Source: Adineta vaga (Eukaryota; Animalia; Rotifera). From it: a stretch of 64,000 nucleotides of DNA. Below, piece by piece: positions 38,232 through 53,100 of this stretch. Both the position numbers and the translations under genes were made by a program. The stretch is from NCBI GenBank assembly GCA_021613535.1, contig CP075492.1, positions 12,586,001 through 12,650,000 of the forward strand, in the 5' to 3' direction. Below the pieces are notes generated by a model, which saw nothing but the letters and a program-made list of their open reading frames with translations, was not told the origin of the DNA and did no database searches. Position 1 is the stretch's first letter, and the number at the start of each line of letters is the position of its first letter.

Positions 38232-40330
38232 CTTTTCGGTTAACAACTATCTGTGTAAGTGATGATCAACTTTCTCGTTTGTTTCCGATTAATATTTTTG
38301 AAAGAAATTCGTTTCTCTTGCGCTTTTTACACGATCAACGACCAATCAAATTCGAGAGAATAATCCATATTGTTGTTTATGCAATCAGACAGCTACCTAT
38401 TTGAGTTAATTTTCGACGAGATGATTGTCTCTATATTTCACTTGTTGATCTAATCATCTATCGAATTAATATTCAATTAGACCAGCTGTATCTTTCAATT
38501 TCAATTTAATAAGTATAAACAAGCTGGACATATATATATATATATATATTGTCTATTGATAAACGAATGATGAGCTCATTAACCAGTAAAGTGAGATCGT
38601 GAGAGAAAAAGAAATGATTTCTTTGAATCTTTCATCGAGTTCGGAAGACTTTGGAGGTTTTTTTTTGAAACAATTGTCAGTTTGTCTTTTTATCACCTTT
38701 TAACTTGTCGCATGTAGGACAAACAAAACAAGATTAAAAGGATGAGTCGATTTGACAGCATTACATAACAATTTGATGAGAAGAAGAAGAAATAGGATGC
38801 TTGTCGATTTACATCTATAAATTAATTTGTTTTAATAATCATATGTCCGATATACAACCGAATTTAGTCAATGAGAAAAACGTTCGAGGGCATTTGTTTT
38901 TTAGCTTGATCAGTCATTAATGAATCGATTATCTGATGCGACTTGATATAGATAGAGATCATCATACAACACCTAATTATAGACGATAGTCATTCGTATT
39001 TGTTAACAATAAGTGTAAGATTCGAAAAAACAAAAGTCACACGAAAATAAGTGTAAGTGCAAAGAGCGAAGACCAATTTTCCAGAATTATAGTTTCAATG
39101 TGCTAAGAGAATGATGATGTTTTAGTTGAATCAAAACGAAATCAATAGAAGAAGATTCTCGAAATTTGTTTAATTCAATTTTTGTTATCAATCGATCAAT
39201 ATTAATGCCGCATTTCTTTGACAAAAAGTGTGTGTGTGTGTATATTGCTGAAATTGGAATCAACAAGTTACTTGCTGCTTTAAGCTCTCTTCACCTTTTT
39301 TCTTCGATCAGTTACCGTTGCTGCTGTTTTTAACACTACTTATTGCTTTGATCTTGTCGGATATTAAAGTTGTCTTGAAAGAGAAAAGAAAACCTAAAAG
39401 TTGGAAAATGTGTCAATTTAATCGTTCATTATATCACATGAATAACAGAAACGACAAAATGTTTACACGTGCTTTGAACAAGGAAAGATTCTTTGGAACG
39501 ATAGATTCTGCTTGATTTCATTGTGTTTAATCAATAATCTTAAATCCTATAAATTAAAAGAAATGAATGATGCATTTTACGCACAATCACATTCACTGCA
39601 TGTTCATGGTTATTACGTTTTGTAAATACATCAGGCGAATGATTGATCTTTCAATATCGTCTGTTCTCTATTAAATTTACAGAATGAATATAAGTCAATC
39701 TTATTATGATCGGTTTAACACCTTCGAAGAATAGTACTTGAGAAGAAAAACGATTATTAGTCTATTAACAGAAAAAGGGTCATCCTAAAGAGAGTGAATA
39801 TAAATAATTTCTCATCTGCACACCTTTATTATCTGGTTCGTTTATAGACATGAGATCATTGCCTAAAGATAGATATGAACATTACTAAGAAAAATTCATG
39901 GATCGATGCATTTTATTCGACCACCTACCGATACACATATCAACTTATTCTTGACTATTGAATAAATCATTAATAAGCTAAAATATTCAATTATTCTTTC
40001 TTTTTTCCAACATTTTTAACACTACATATCGTTTTCATTTGCTTCTGAAACTTGCCGTTTCATGTATGTACATTATGAGGTGTTGATATCAGTTAGATGA
40101 CCAGTGTGTTAAGTTAAATGTCGATAGAAATATATTTCTTTGATCTTTAAATGTTCAATGTGCGAATATACATAGAAGAATTTGTGTGAATAGATTTTAC
40201 GCCTCATGGAAATAAAATGTCGTTACAATACAGTTGAGTCTTTTATTTGCATATTTTTATTCAAGGAAAACAGTAAGATACTTTTTGTAGATATATATTT
40301 TCAATGTAATATTCGGTATTTAAGTCGATT

Positions 40331-42361
40331 TTACCACCATAGATACAATTTATGTTTAATAAGGTTTATAGAATAATCACGTAAAAGTTGTTCTTTATCG
40401 ATTAAAGTTGTTAATCTTTTCAATGAATCGAAGCATTGTTTTCGAATACATAATATACATAAAGGACGAATGTTTCTAATAGAATTCCAAAGAATATATT
40501 GTGTTATTATTTCCAGGTCTTGTTTATTTGTATGAATTGCAAGAGAAAAATACTGTAATCGAGGAAAAAGTGCTATGACTAATTCAATTTTGTCCAATGT
40601 AATGGTTTTTTGAATTGTCAAGCTAGAGATAACGTTTGTGCGAGATACTTTTTCAAAGATTTCATTTCTTTCAAATATAGTCGAATTCTTTCCAAAAAAT
40701 AAAATGGAATCAAGTTGTAGTGTACGAACATTCGGTATTAAATGTAATATTTCCATCACATACATGAAATAGAGGCGTGGACATTGAAGGTTTAATTTTG
40801 TTAGTTGTTTAAAAGTAGCCATACGATTTAGAATTGTTGTAACAGAAGATCTAGATATGCCCAAAGATTTCGTAAGAGTCAATTCATTTACATGTGGTAG
40901 ATGACCAGAAAATTGCTCTAATGCACTTGTGACATGTATAAAAACATGATGATCTGACACTTCAGTCAAAGTAGTACGAAGTTCGTGCCAATATTTTAAT
41001 GGCTTTTGACATAACATGTAATAATCTTGTCTTAAAAAAGAAAGAAGATAAATACTTTTTATCAAAGAAATTTGATTGTTTTTACCTATGCGGTTTTCTT
41101 GAATAGAGAACGGCGGTATCAGAACGCGCCCATTCAAAATATTGATGCTCAAAGAACCATTGATGTTGATTCCAAAATTTTGAATTGAATTTGTTCACTT
41201 TCATTTCATATGACTGACGATTTCTTTCGTACGACCAAGCACAATGTCGATGTTGATAGTCAAAGATCTGTAAATTGGGCATATAAGTTGTAATCAATTT
41301 CTCCCATCGATCAGCATCCAAATATATCATTGCAATGTGAAAATAATCCAAACACTCTACATAAACACTCAAGCATCGAATCGAACGAAAGAATTTTGTA
41401 GCTAGTGCTTCAAAATCATTGAAAGGAATAGATTTTATTTTCAGAGAAACACGTATCAGATTATTCATTGGTATTGCAGACGCATAAGATGAAATATTGC
41501 CGGTATTAGTCAAACAATCAAGTGATAGACGATGTAGATGTGGAACATAGGACAATAAGCCATTAAGTTGGCCGATTGATACTTCATGTTTAATACTAAG
41601 GTGTTCAATAGTACTGTGTTGATTCATGCACACAGGTAGTAGGAGTGGAAATCGTGCTGATGCAATCAACAATTGACAATATTTCAAAGTAGGTAAACGG
41701 AATATTTTCTGATAAATATGATTTTGATGTTTTGTATTCTCCGCAGATGTAATCACTAATGTAGATAGAACAGGTAAAGAAAATAATTGGTTGATAAGTG
41801 TTACAATATAATGAGATTGAATATTATGAATAATTAATGTTTCAAGTTCAGTCATTTGTTCTATCGCTGGATATATTAATATACTCATATCAGTAGAAAG
41901 TTGATTTGATAATTGAAATGATTGAATTTTATTAGCATATGGTGTGATCATCTGTGTTGAATAATCTTGAAATGAAGATTTTGAGATCGATGATATATGA
42001 ATACGAATTGGATTATTTGAAGGAATGAGAAGATTTCGAAAGCGTATGTTTAAATTATAGAAGCTATCAAAAGCCTGATGAGATTCAAGATGTTCGAATA
42101 TCTCATAAATAAGTTCATTTGGAAGATCTTCGAGAACGCTAATATACTCATTTATGGAACTAAAAAATCGAATAAAAATATGAGTAGAATGATATCGTAT
42201 TTTATTTTACTTACGAATTTGTTTCAACTGTCGCTACTAAATAAAAGCAAATGATTAATGAATAAAAATGAAGATGTGATTTTTTTACTATTTAATTTTT
42301 GTCTTTTATTGGTAATATTTTCATCGAACGAATTATTTCGTAATCGTTTAGTTTCTTCCAT
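40331..42361 (-). CDS. F-box + leucine-rich-repeat protein, 4 exons
   Basis: LEDLPNELIYEIFEHL (~42100-42135), IFRLPTLKYCQL, LLSYVPHLHRL, YLDADRWEKLI, FNSKFWNQHQWFF, terminal LYLWW; intron ~41033-41086. Confidence 0.85.
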
Positions 42362-42817
42362 ATGAACAGTCGCTTACAAATGATAAGATTTGAAATGAAA
42401 TATATTTAGAAAAAAAGACTATACACGTGCATTTCGTTTACCATGGTTTTTTCCAACATATACTTACGGACGGAAGGAAGAAAGAACGAAAGGGATTGCT
42501 TGAAGAACAAATATGAAATATTTGACTCATTTTGGCGACAAAATCATTCTTTTTGATATAGCTACATCGGGAATGGACTCGTTTTGAAGAAATATACACA
42601 TATTTACATTCTTCAATTATAAGACGTTCTGAATTCGTTGGAAACATCATGTACATATTTCTACGATCATTTATGTCTTTTTGGAACGACAAATATCAAC
42701 TAACTGCCAATTCTAATCTGATTTCATCAACAGAAGAATGACCTTTTGAATTAAGTTAGTAGAAAAACTTCAATTTATTTTTATGAAAAGAATATAAAAA
42801 GAAAAAGGCCGAAAACA

Positions 42818-44837
42818 TCAAACTTGACTAACAAGTAGTGTTGTTGATCGATGATTCTGTAGAAAATCTGATGCTCTTTGTTGTTGAAGAATCATCTGTT
42901 GTGCTCGTAATCTTGCTGCTTCTACTTGTTCTTGTGAAAAACGTTTGATAGGTGGTACAGGTGGTGGATTTTTATTTGGTAAAGCAATTTCTTTCGAAGG
43001 TGTATCTTCCTGATGATCGAGAGGAAATTTATAAAGATTTGATACCGTTTTTCTTATTGCATCACGATATTGAACTTCATTTGTTGGATAAGTAGTTGAA
43101 CGTACAACGATATCATTTCCATCGACACCACCATCATCATTATCATCATCATGATCAAATGTTGCCATCATTGTTGATTGTTGATTCAATGGTAAACTCC
43201 AATTTTTTGGACGATTTCGATAATAAATCTCTGATTGAAATATTCGAATTTTTTCATAAGGTTTTTGATAAAGATTATCGGATAATCTTCGTGATGTTTT
43301 TTCCATCGATGGATAATTACCATTCAAATCTGGCAATGATATTGCAGTTGGTTGTATAGGAGTATTTTTTACTGTTAAACCATGATTCATCATTGATGAG
43401 AAATGTCCTTGTTTATGTGACTTTCTAACATGCCAATCGATTTTTGTTGTTAAATAAATCCAGAGAGCAAGAATCAATAAAACATGAACAATTTCAAAGA
43501 CAAATGTTAAAAATAAGATTTGCAAATGTGTTTGAAGATAAAGTAAAAATATATCATGAACCAATGGCATTTTACATGATGTATATAATAATAGGATAAT
43601 AATAGCAATTAAACTTGGACAATAATGTGAACAACGATCGTAACATGACGATTTACAATTGAAAGTTTCGCCTGATTTAAAACGATTGAAACCATAATAA
43701 TAAAATGTCATTGAAGATATGTAAATCAAAAATTCAAGTAAAAGATAAAGGAAAAATGTTGTGTATGGTTGATGAAGAAGTAGATAGCCGATATTTTGTT
43801 TCGATTCAATAGTATTAAAACAAATATTCTTCAATAATAATTGAAATGAACTATACATCAAACACCATTGAATAGCATTTAATGCAAGAGCAAGTGAATA
43901 GATCAATGAATAGATTTTTGATATTGACCAAAAAACATAAGGTTCACGAAAGATGCATATAAAGGAAGCAAATAGAAAATTGAATAGAGTTAAACGTGTA
44001 TAAGCATCGATAGAAAATGCATGAGATAATGAAGTTGTATTCGCGAGGTTAGGTCGTTTAATGGAAGAAATTACAAATGATGATGATGATGATGATGGAG
44101 ATGACCAATCAAACAAAAGATCAAAATCAGTACGCCAAAGTAATGCTAAATACAAGGTTAAATGAATTATTAGACAAAAAAAAATGGTTGAAATACATTT
44201 CGCATTATCTTATCCAATGTCTAACATCAATAATCTTATGTCTTCTATTACATGGCATAGAAGTCAATGTCCTTGGATAGACAATTTCTCATATCTATTG
44301 AATATAAATGATTTACTCGTGTGTTATCTTGATCGATTCTATTTTTCCTTGAAGTCAATCTATTAATCGTCTAATCCTCATTAAGTATATACCTGAATCT
44401 TTTAATCCGACCATAATTTGTTTTGCATCAATTAAAACAGTTGAAATAAGAAGAAGAAAACTCATGATTAAATGTAAAGTACTACTCAAGGAAAAACAAT
44501 GATGCCATAAACTTGTACATAATGATCGTTTCGATTTCGGTAAATGATTTCGATTAAAATCATGAATAGTTAATTGCTGATTATCGTTAGCAAGATTTCC
44601 AATACGAAATAAAGCTGGATAAATAAAAAGAAATAAGAGAATTAATGATGTTAAAACACAAATTTTTTGTATCAATAATTCAAATTTTGGTGATGATAAT
44701 AATGATGATTTAGGCCATGGTAATTGATCATTAAAATAGCAATATTTTATTCCAAAATAGATAAGAATTAAATGAATTAATACAACAATTATAGTGTACC
44801 AAATTCGAGAGAGGCTGATAAATTTAGCTTGTGCCAT
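42818..44837 (-). CDS. Tincar-like multipass membrane protein
   Basis: SLSRIWY, LPW, FRIGNLAND, WHH...TLHL...LLL..VLIDAKQI, LW.TDFD, FREPYVFW, LWIYLTTK.DW recall Drosophila tincar; about 8 hydrophobic segments; intron ~44158-44391. Confidence 0.75.
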
Positions 44838-46329
44838 TTCTTCACTAAATCAATCACTTGACTGATAACATTATTCTGATATGCCCGCTTCTATTCTCTT
44901 CTTCTTTCTCCTCTTCCTCTTCTTCGTCTTCTTTTTTTCTCATATATCAGTACCAACGCTGATGAAGAAATACATCGACCAAGTGCAACACATCTGGATT
45001 GATCGTCGAGTCGAGTCGATCGACCTATCGTTCGTCATCTTCTCTTTCTTCTTCTTCTTCTTTCTGCGATTGTATTTCGCTCATCAGACGTATACAGGAT
45101 TTATAAGTTGATCGATTGAGCAGACTAGCTAATTACATATCAGATTGACTGAATGCTTGTGAACTAGTCTAGAATACGAATGTCCGACAAAAAGGAAACA
45201 CGCTTTCCATATTCATGTTGTATATTTAGATAGAAATCAAATCATGAATGTATATGTATTATTTCTCATTTATTTAACCTTTAAAATGTGTTCAATAGAT
45301 ATATATATCAATGAAACAATTTTCATATTTTATACATGAATGTCGAACGAGATGATATGAGACATCTTGATCCCTTTGGATGAAGAAACAATGATAACAT
45401 TTAACATTGATATGTTTTCTATTTAGTATATCGAACTAGTACATGAAATTGTACTTGACCTTTAAAGAAAAATAAATGATTAGACTACGTGACAGTTCAA
45501 GTATAATGATTATGTTCTTAAATCATATTTATTGCTATATTTTGTTCACTTCAAGTCATACCTTACAAGTTCAAGTTGTCTGTTATTATACAATCAATAC
45601 AAATGACATGCAGCAACAACAAGACATGATCATGATGTTTTTGTTTTGAGTAAAATGTAGGAAAAAAGTCATTTCGATAAATAAATATTGATATACTGTA
45701 ACAGTAAGTTGAAATTGTTTCCGTTTGATTTTCTAGAGTTCTGTTTTGTATAAATATATATGTTAAACGAGCAGAATAATGATTGGTAACATAGATATCT
45801 ACCAAAATGTGCAAGTAGTCAGAGAAATAATATTAAGGCGTCCCGTGGAGAAGCATGACAGTTGATTGCTATCATCTAGGGAATAAGACTTAATTTCTTT
45901 TCTATTGTTCATAGGTTAAGAAATATCACAGAAGACGATCTAGGAGTATTTCTTATCTGGAAAATCATCAGATTTCAATTGCTAAGAGCATTTTCAATAA
46001 ATGATAGTGCTCTAAAGAACAAAGAAAACTCAATGAAATATCTTTCAATTCATTTATCTCCTTCCGTTACCATCTTATATACTTCTACATAACAATGATT
46101 ATCATTCAAGTAAAGAATTTTCGAAATAGTTCAGTGATAAATGATTCGGTTTCATTTTAGCTGGGTCAAACCTCGAATAAGGATGATTTATTTTCATTTT
46201 TAAACGAAGCTAATGTCAATCTTCGCGCTTCAAGAGAGATAGTGAAGTATATCTATTCAGTAGTACTAGCTTTTACTCTTAAAAATACATACGAAGTAGA
46301 AAGATGAAGCAAAGAGAACAAATGATATT

Positions 46330-46450
46330 TCATGATGTTGTATCAACATCCTAAAACCAAACAGAATCAGATAAATAAATAAATATAAGAAAATTAAACA
46401 AAATAAGATTTCGGCAAAAGAGACATAAGCAATTAATCAAAGATGATAAC
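46330..46450 (-). repeat. Diverged duplicate of the CEP135 last intron and terminal exon (candidate alternative last exon DVDTTS*)
   Basis: Collinear with 47184-47330; AG acceptor retained; 21-nt in-frame exon 46330-46350 ending in TGA. Confidence 0.6.
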
Positions 46451-47183
46451 TGAACGGTATGAATTAGAAAATTATTTTATCAAAAACGCTGATGTTTATA
46501 GTAAATCAGATATGTTATTTTCACTGATATTATTTACAAATAACATAAATATTCATGGATATTCTGTTAGTTTATTATCCTTCACTCAAAATAGAAGCGG
46601 ATGTTTTTTCATTTTCAGTAATTTAATCGTATGTCTCATTGTCGAAAAACATATCGTCGAATTCCTAAATAAATGAAGATTTGATTTTCTGAATTAATTT
46701 TTTATTCCAAAAAAAAAGAAAAGATAAAGAAAGAGGTAATAAGAAAAGAGAGAAAGAGAGAAGTTTTCCTTCATCAACAAGACGAAGAAGGAAAGTAGAG
46801 AGAAAATTAATTATATATGTATAATATATTCTTCTTTCACAAATCTACATAGACAAAAAAAGAAAAGAAAAGAGCGATTTTGTGAGGAAAATATTATTCA
46901 AAACTGAGTTTATTTGTGTTTTTTTTTTCAATTTAAAATTGAGCTTTTTTTCTATGCTTGCTTGCTGCTGCTGCTGCTGTTGTTCTCTAAAAAATACACC
47001 CAGAGAAAGAGAGAAGTACAAGTATTCAGGAAAACCAACACTTGTTCTTAAATAATCATAGAAAAAGAACTGCTAAGAGACACACACGCACAAATACATA
47101 ACGAATAAAAGAGAAAGGTTTTAGAATAAGAAGAACTTTTGTATGATGATATGATTAAGACAAGGCAATGAATAAACGAATTT

Positions 47184-50100
47184 TTATGGTGTTGTATCAA
47201 CACATAAACTGCACGAACGATCAACACCCTAAAAACAAAGAAATTAGATAAATAAATGAAAGAAACATCAAATGAAGCAAGAGGAAAGCAAAAGAGAAAG
47301 AATCAATCAATCAATCAAAGATGATAACGTACAATATCATCAATAGAATTGTTATTATTGGTACTGGAATTATCAATAGTCTCTGCAAGAGTTTCACGAC
47401 TTCTACTAACTTCGGAAACTTTCAGCGACACGGAGATCTTTACAGATATAGATACACACAGTTAATTGGTACGAAATCACACTAAATTTAGTGTCAATCA
47501 AACTGATATACCTTCGTTGGTGATGTTTGAGAAAGTTCAGTTCGTGATGGAGAATAATTTCTTGTTGATGAACGATGTGTATTTGTGCTAAAATAGATTA
47601 AATTTCATTTAGAAACGAATTCTTCGATCAATAAAACAATTTCTTACGCTGTTACATTTGATGTTAATTTAGGTGATATACTACGATATCGAGAATCATA
47701 ATCAATATTTGATGTTAGATCGGTTAATTTTCGTAAATCTTGTGCTGCTTTTTCTCTTGAAGAAAAGAAAAGAATGTTGATATTTTATATTTGAACAAAT
47801 GTTACTCTTTTTCTTCTATCATACCTTTCAAACCTTTCGCTTGTTAATTGACGTTTAAGACGATCATTATCCGATTCTAATCCAATAATTTGTGCACGCA
47901 ATGCAGCAATTTCTTTACCTTGACTTTGTCTTAAAAGAAAACATATCGATTATTTTAACTAGAAAAATCTTTCTTCTCTCATCATACATTTTCACATCAT
48001 TTATATTTGCTCGTTCTCTTGCTAATTGTAAATCGGAATCTTTTTCTTGTGTTTGCATTTGTGATTGAAATTCTTTTTCTCTTGATGAACCTATGATTTC
48101 TTCTAAACTTCGTACCATCGCTTTTTCATTATTGATTTGTGTATGTAACATATCGATTTCTAATTTCATATCACTAACGGCTGCTTGTAACTGTTCATTT
48201 TCAATTTCTCGTCCAGTTAATTCTCGAATAATCTGTTCTTTTTTGGTTTCAACGGTGGAATTAAGATCACGAATATTTGATATTTCACTTGCATAATTTT
48301 GTTTATCAGCTTGTAATCGTTTGATAATTTCTTCATTACGTTGTAATGAACGATTCATGTTTGATAATTGAATTTCATATTCATGTCCAACTGAGATATG
48401 CTAAAAAGAAGAAGAAAAATATGAAGAGGAAAAGCATTTTTTCATAATAATTACTTGTTGAAGTTCACGTTCAAGATAATCAATACGTTCCGTGAAACGT
48501 TTCATATCAGATGATTTTATTTGTAATTCTTGTCTAAGACCCGCAGCTTGAGATTCGATATCAGCGAGAGTTAATTTTGCACGACTTAATTCATTTGTAG
48601 CTTCACGATATTGTTCAAATAATGTTGTTCGATCGTTTTCCTAGAACAAAAATAAATCATCATGAGTTTATTTATGAAAAACTTCTACTCATCAACGATT
48701 GAACGTACCTTTTGTGTGATAACATTTTCACATTTTGATACTTCTTTGATGTATTCTTGAACTTGTAGTTTAAGATTTTCTTTATCATCAATGGCATGTT
48801 CAAGTTCTTGATGGATTGTCTAGAAAATGAATATATCGTAGAGATACTTTCGCAAGAATATAAATCGTCTTTCGTACTTGATTTTCTCGTGTAACTGTTA
48901 GAAGATCATCTTGTAATCGTTTATTTTCTCGTGCACTAAGATCAAGTTTTCGTCGATATTCATTTAATTCTTCTAAATTTCGATCTAATTGCATTCTCAT
49001 ACTGGTTATTTCTTTTAATTTTTGTTTGGTATCATCTTTTGAACGACTAGAAATCCAAAACAAATTTATCATTTGTTTTTTTGTGCTGAAAGAAAAATCT
49101 TACTCTAATGCTGCTTCTAATTCTGCTATCATCATTGTTAATTCTTCGATTCTTCGTGCTTTAGAATTGATTTCTTGTATTAAATGAAGATTTTCTTCAG
49201 CTTTTAGATCAAGTTCACCGCATAGACGATCTTTTTCTTTATCCAACGTTTGAACAGTTGAACGAACAACATGAAAATCATCTTTAATGCCTTTGTTTGC
49301 TTCTTGTAAATCATCTAAAGATACAAATTGTAAAATATTTGAATTGATTTTCAGACTGAGAAAAAAACGATATCATACAAAGTTTCTTTTCTAATCGAAA
49401 AGTTTTATCTTCTTGTGCACGAAGTTCTTCTTTTTTCAAACTTAATTGTCGTTGATTTTCTTGAACAAGTCGTTCAGCTTCTTCGGAAAGAAATCGTAAT
49501 TGTGATGAAGTCGTTTTTTGATCATTTAATTCTTGATTTAATTGAGAAATTGTAAATGATTGTTCATCAAGTTTTATTTCGTAATCTTTAATTTGTTCAC
49601 GTAATAAATGATTTTGTTGAAGAATTTCTTCTCGATCATTATCAAGCTAAAGCCGTGTAGAGAAAAATGTATATTTCCTGATAAAGTCCTGTTTCATACT
49701 TTGCGTATTTCAATTTGAAGATCTTCAATACGTTGTTCTAATCGAGCACGTTCCGTCAGATTTGTATCCGTAGCAACCTAATAAATAAATAAATAAATTA
49801 ATAACGAATGAAAATGAAAGATTTATCAAGTTTAGCTTTACTCGTAGACGTTCTCGTAATGTATCACGTTCATTGGCACTCGTACGTGCTTCGACAAGTG
49901 CTAGAGAGCGAGAGAACAAATTATTCAAGAGATTTCCTTTTTCTTTCAATAAAACGAACCGGTATCACGTTCATTTTCAACTTTACGTAAAATAGCTTGA
50001 GCAGCAAGAGATACTTTTGGTGTTTGAGCACTTTGAAGAAGATCATGACGTGTTCTTTGTAGTTCTTCTTTCGCCTACAATTCAAAATATCAATTTAGAT

Positions 50101-53100
50101 ATATTTTATTGAAGAATCAAATGATTTACTTGTTCATAAAGTACACTTAGATTATCTCTTTCATTGGTGAGAACTTTTATATTGCCTTGAATCTAAATGA
50201 AAATGATTGAAAAACAGAAATTAAGAAGAACAGAATTTCATACTTCTCCCATATGACGCTCAAATTTGTTTAATAGCAATTGTAAATCCTCTTTTTCTCG
50301 TATAACTCGAGCCAATTGAGATTCGTCCCCATCCTAAAGATATTAGAATGTTATCAAATAAGGATTTTTTCGTCTGGCAAAGTAATATAAGCGATATTTC
50401 AAATTTATGAATAATCAATCTACAGGATTTATTGATTCTTTTCTCGATAGTAGTAAGATCGTCTCATATTCGATAATGGCTTACTTTATCTCTTGATGAA
50501 TGTTTATATTTATTAAGTTCCTTTCGAAAACGATCACGTTCTTCTTCCACATTTCTTAGTTGACTGTCATATGCAGTCAAATCCTTCAAACGCATAAAAT
50601 CATTCGTAACACATTCATTACCATCATTCTATCTCTTACTCGTGTTGGCGAAGATCGATTTCGATGAATTCCACATACAGTACAACGTGTTGGTGATGCA
50701 CTACCATTACTGCCTGACCGACGACCATATTGTGTGACAGGTGATGTGGCAATATCACGACGAGCTGCTGTACGTGAGCCAGGTGTTGGTGATAATGAGC
50801 GACCACGTAAACGCGAATTTGTTGGTGATGTAGCACCAGTACGTGAGCGTTCGTTAAGTAATTTTTGTAGAATTTCAGCTTCATTTTTATACATATCACG
50901 TTCATCTTCGACATTTTTTAGATGAATATCAAGTCGTGCTGGAAGAGACAATTTTTTCGTTGAAGAAGCACTAGATGCAGTCGGAGTTGGAGCTTTTGTT
51001 GTACGACGACATTTTTGTAATTCTTGTAGAAGATCTTTTTCTATAAAGTTATAAAAAAAACATGAAAATATCAATGATTTATTTACTATTTACCATTGAG
51101 AACTAATTTCGAAACTCGTCGACTTAATTTTGATTTCTCAGTTTGTGTACGTTCAAGAAGTTCTTGTAAATGATTCACTTCATTAATACGTTCAGAACAC
51201 TGATTTCGTAATGTATCCAATTCTTCACATAAATTCTTTTTTTCCTACAAGAAAAAAAAGAACGTCGCAATTGAAGTACCCATCAATGTAAGTTTAGATC
51301 ATGAGTTTGTGATACAAAAGAATAAGATTTACTAGATTGTCGAGTGTCGCCTTGGAACAAGAAAAAGTAACACATTATGAGAAAAACATCTAAGTACTAT
51401 CGAACAAAGACATTTTTGTTATTTTAAGAGTAAGTAAAAATAGTTAACAATCTCTTTTTCACTTTACAACAAAATGTCCTTGTTAAAATCCTGACTTTAA
51501 CAAAGATGTCTACCATCAAGTCTCAACTACAGAACAATCCTTGAATATCTTTTCTATGCAGATCAATTGTGAAATAATAGGAAAGCCTTCTTTTTTCATT
51601 GGAAGTGTTGGTACTTGAATCACTCAATTCTGTTCACGTTACTATCAAAGAAGATCAGTCAAGCTGACAAAAAATGACACATTCCGGATTCTGTTTATAT
51701 GAGCATGTTATCCATAGTTGAATGTCAACAAATGCCATTTATTTTGTTGTTCTTTTTAGCATATGGCTTCAGATCAAATTGTTATTATATCCTTCAAAAT
51801 GATTAGATAATCAATCTGTTTCCTTATATCTTTCTTACGAATAAAAATTTAACTTAAATATATATATATATATATATATATACATACAGTCGTTAAAGAG
51901 GCAACTCTGGTATCAAGTGATTGCATTTCTCGATGATTATGTTGGATTTCAATCTTAAAATAGAAAATAGTAGTTTCATTTAGGAAAAGATAAACAGATT
52001 AATTATACTTTAGCTTCGTTTAATTCTCGATCGGCTGTTTCAACAGTAAAATCTTTATCGGCTTGAACTTTTCGTGCTAAACGATCAATATCTTTAAGAT
52101 CTCGAAGAAGATCACTATTTCGAAGACGTTCATCAAATTGTTTGTCGGATAGATTACGTTTTAATTCAGTTATTTCTTGTAAACGTCGTTCTAATGCACG
52201 ATTTGTTTCATGAAGAAAATCGATCTAAATATTTCGAAATAAAATCGATTGTAAGTTTTAGCTAAAGATTTTACTTGAGCACTTTGATTAGCAATGACTT
52301 TTTCATTACTTTTCAATCTTGATTCGAGTGAAAGAGCATCTGCTGATCGGCCACCATCAAGTACGCGATGAAGTCGTTCAATTTCTCGATCACGATTTTC
52401 AACCTAGAGAAAGAAAAATTATAACATAAAGTTCAAATTTAACAAAAGAAAATGGTCTATGTCTATATGTATCAAATTACATTTCTATGTTTTCTTCTCA
52501 TTTGTCAATAAATCATTGGTAGAAATATTATACAAACCTTGTGCGTACTAGGCGAACGAAATGAATATGTTGCATTCAAATTCGTTTTTGATCTTGATTT
52601 ATGACGATTAGATTGCTGAGGATAATGTGATAATGCTGATCTTGCTGTCGCTCTCATTAATGTCGAAACAGTATGATTATTGTGTAGATCAGATACAGAA
52701 CCATGACGTCGAGAGGAGTACATGTCTAAATTTCTCTTGGTATTTCTTCACAGACAGTTCGATGCTGATGAATGACAAACTCTCATCCGAAAAACTTTTC
52801 TAGAGGGATTTATTGTGTGTCTTCTTTTTTTTTGTTCACTTTCACTTTCTTTTCTTTTTCTAGGTATAAATGAAAGAAAACAATAGCAGAGAGAGGGAGA
52901 GCGACAAATCAAACTGAAGTCGTTTTTTTCTTCTATTTTCTTTGCTTCTCACTAACAGTATTATAAACATAGAGATTTGTAGCATAAAGAAAATAGTAAA
53001 GTGAAAAAGAATATGTTTGAAAAAAAGATTGCGAGTTGAAAAAAAAATGACATTGTTAAACAAAACAACGTTTTCATTTTTAGTAAAATAATACATATAT

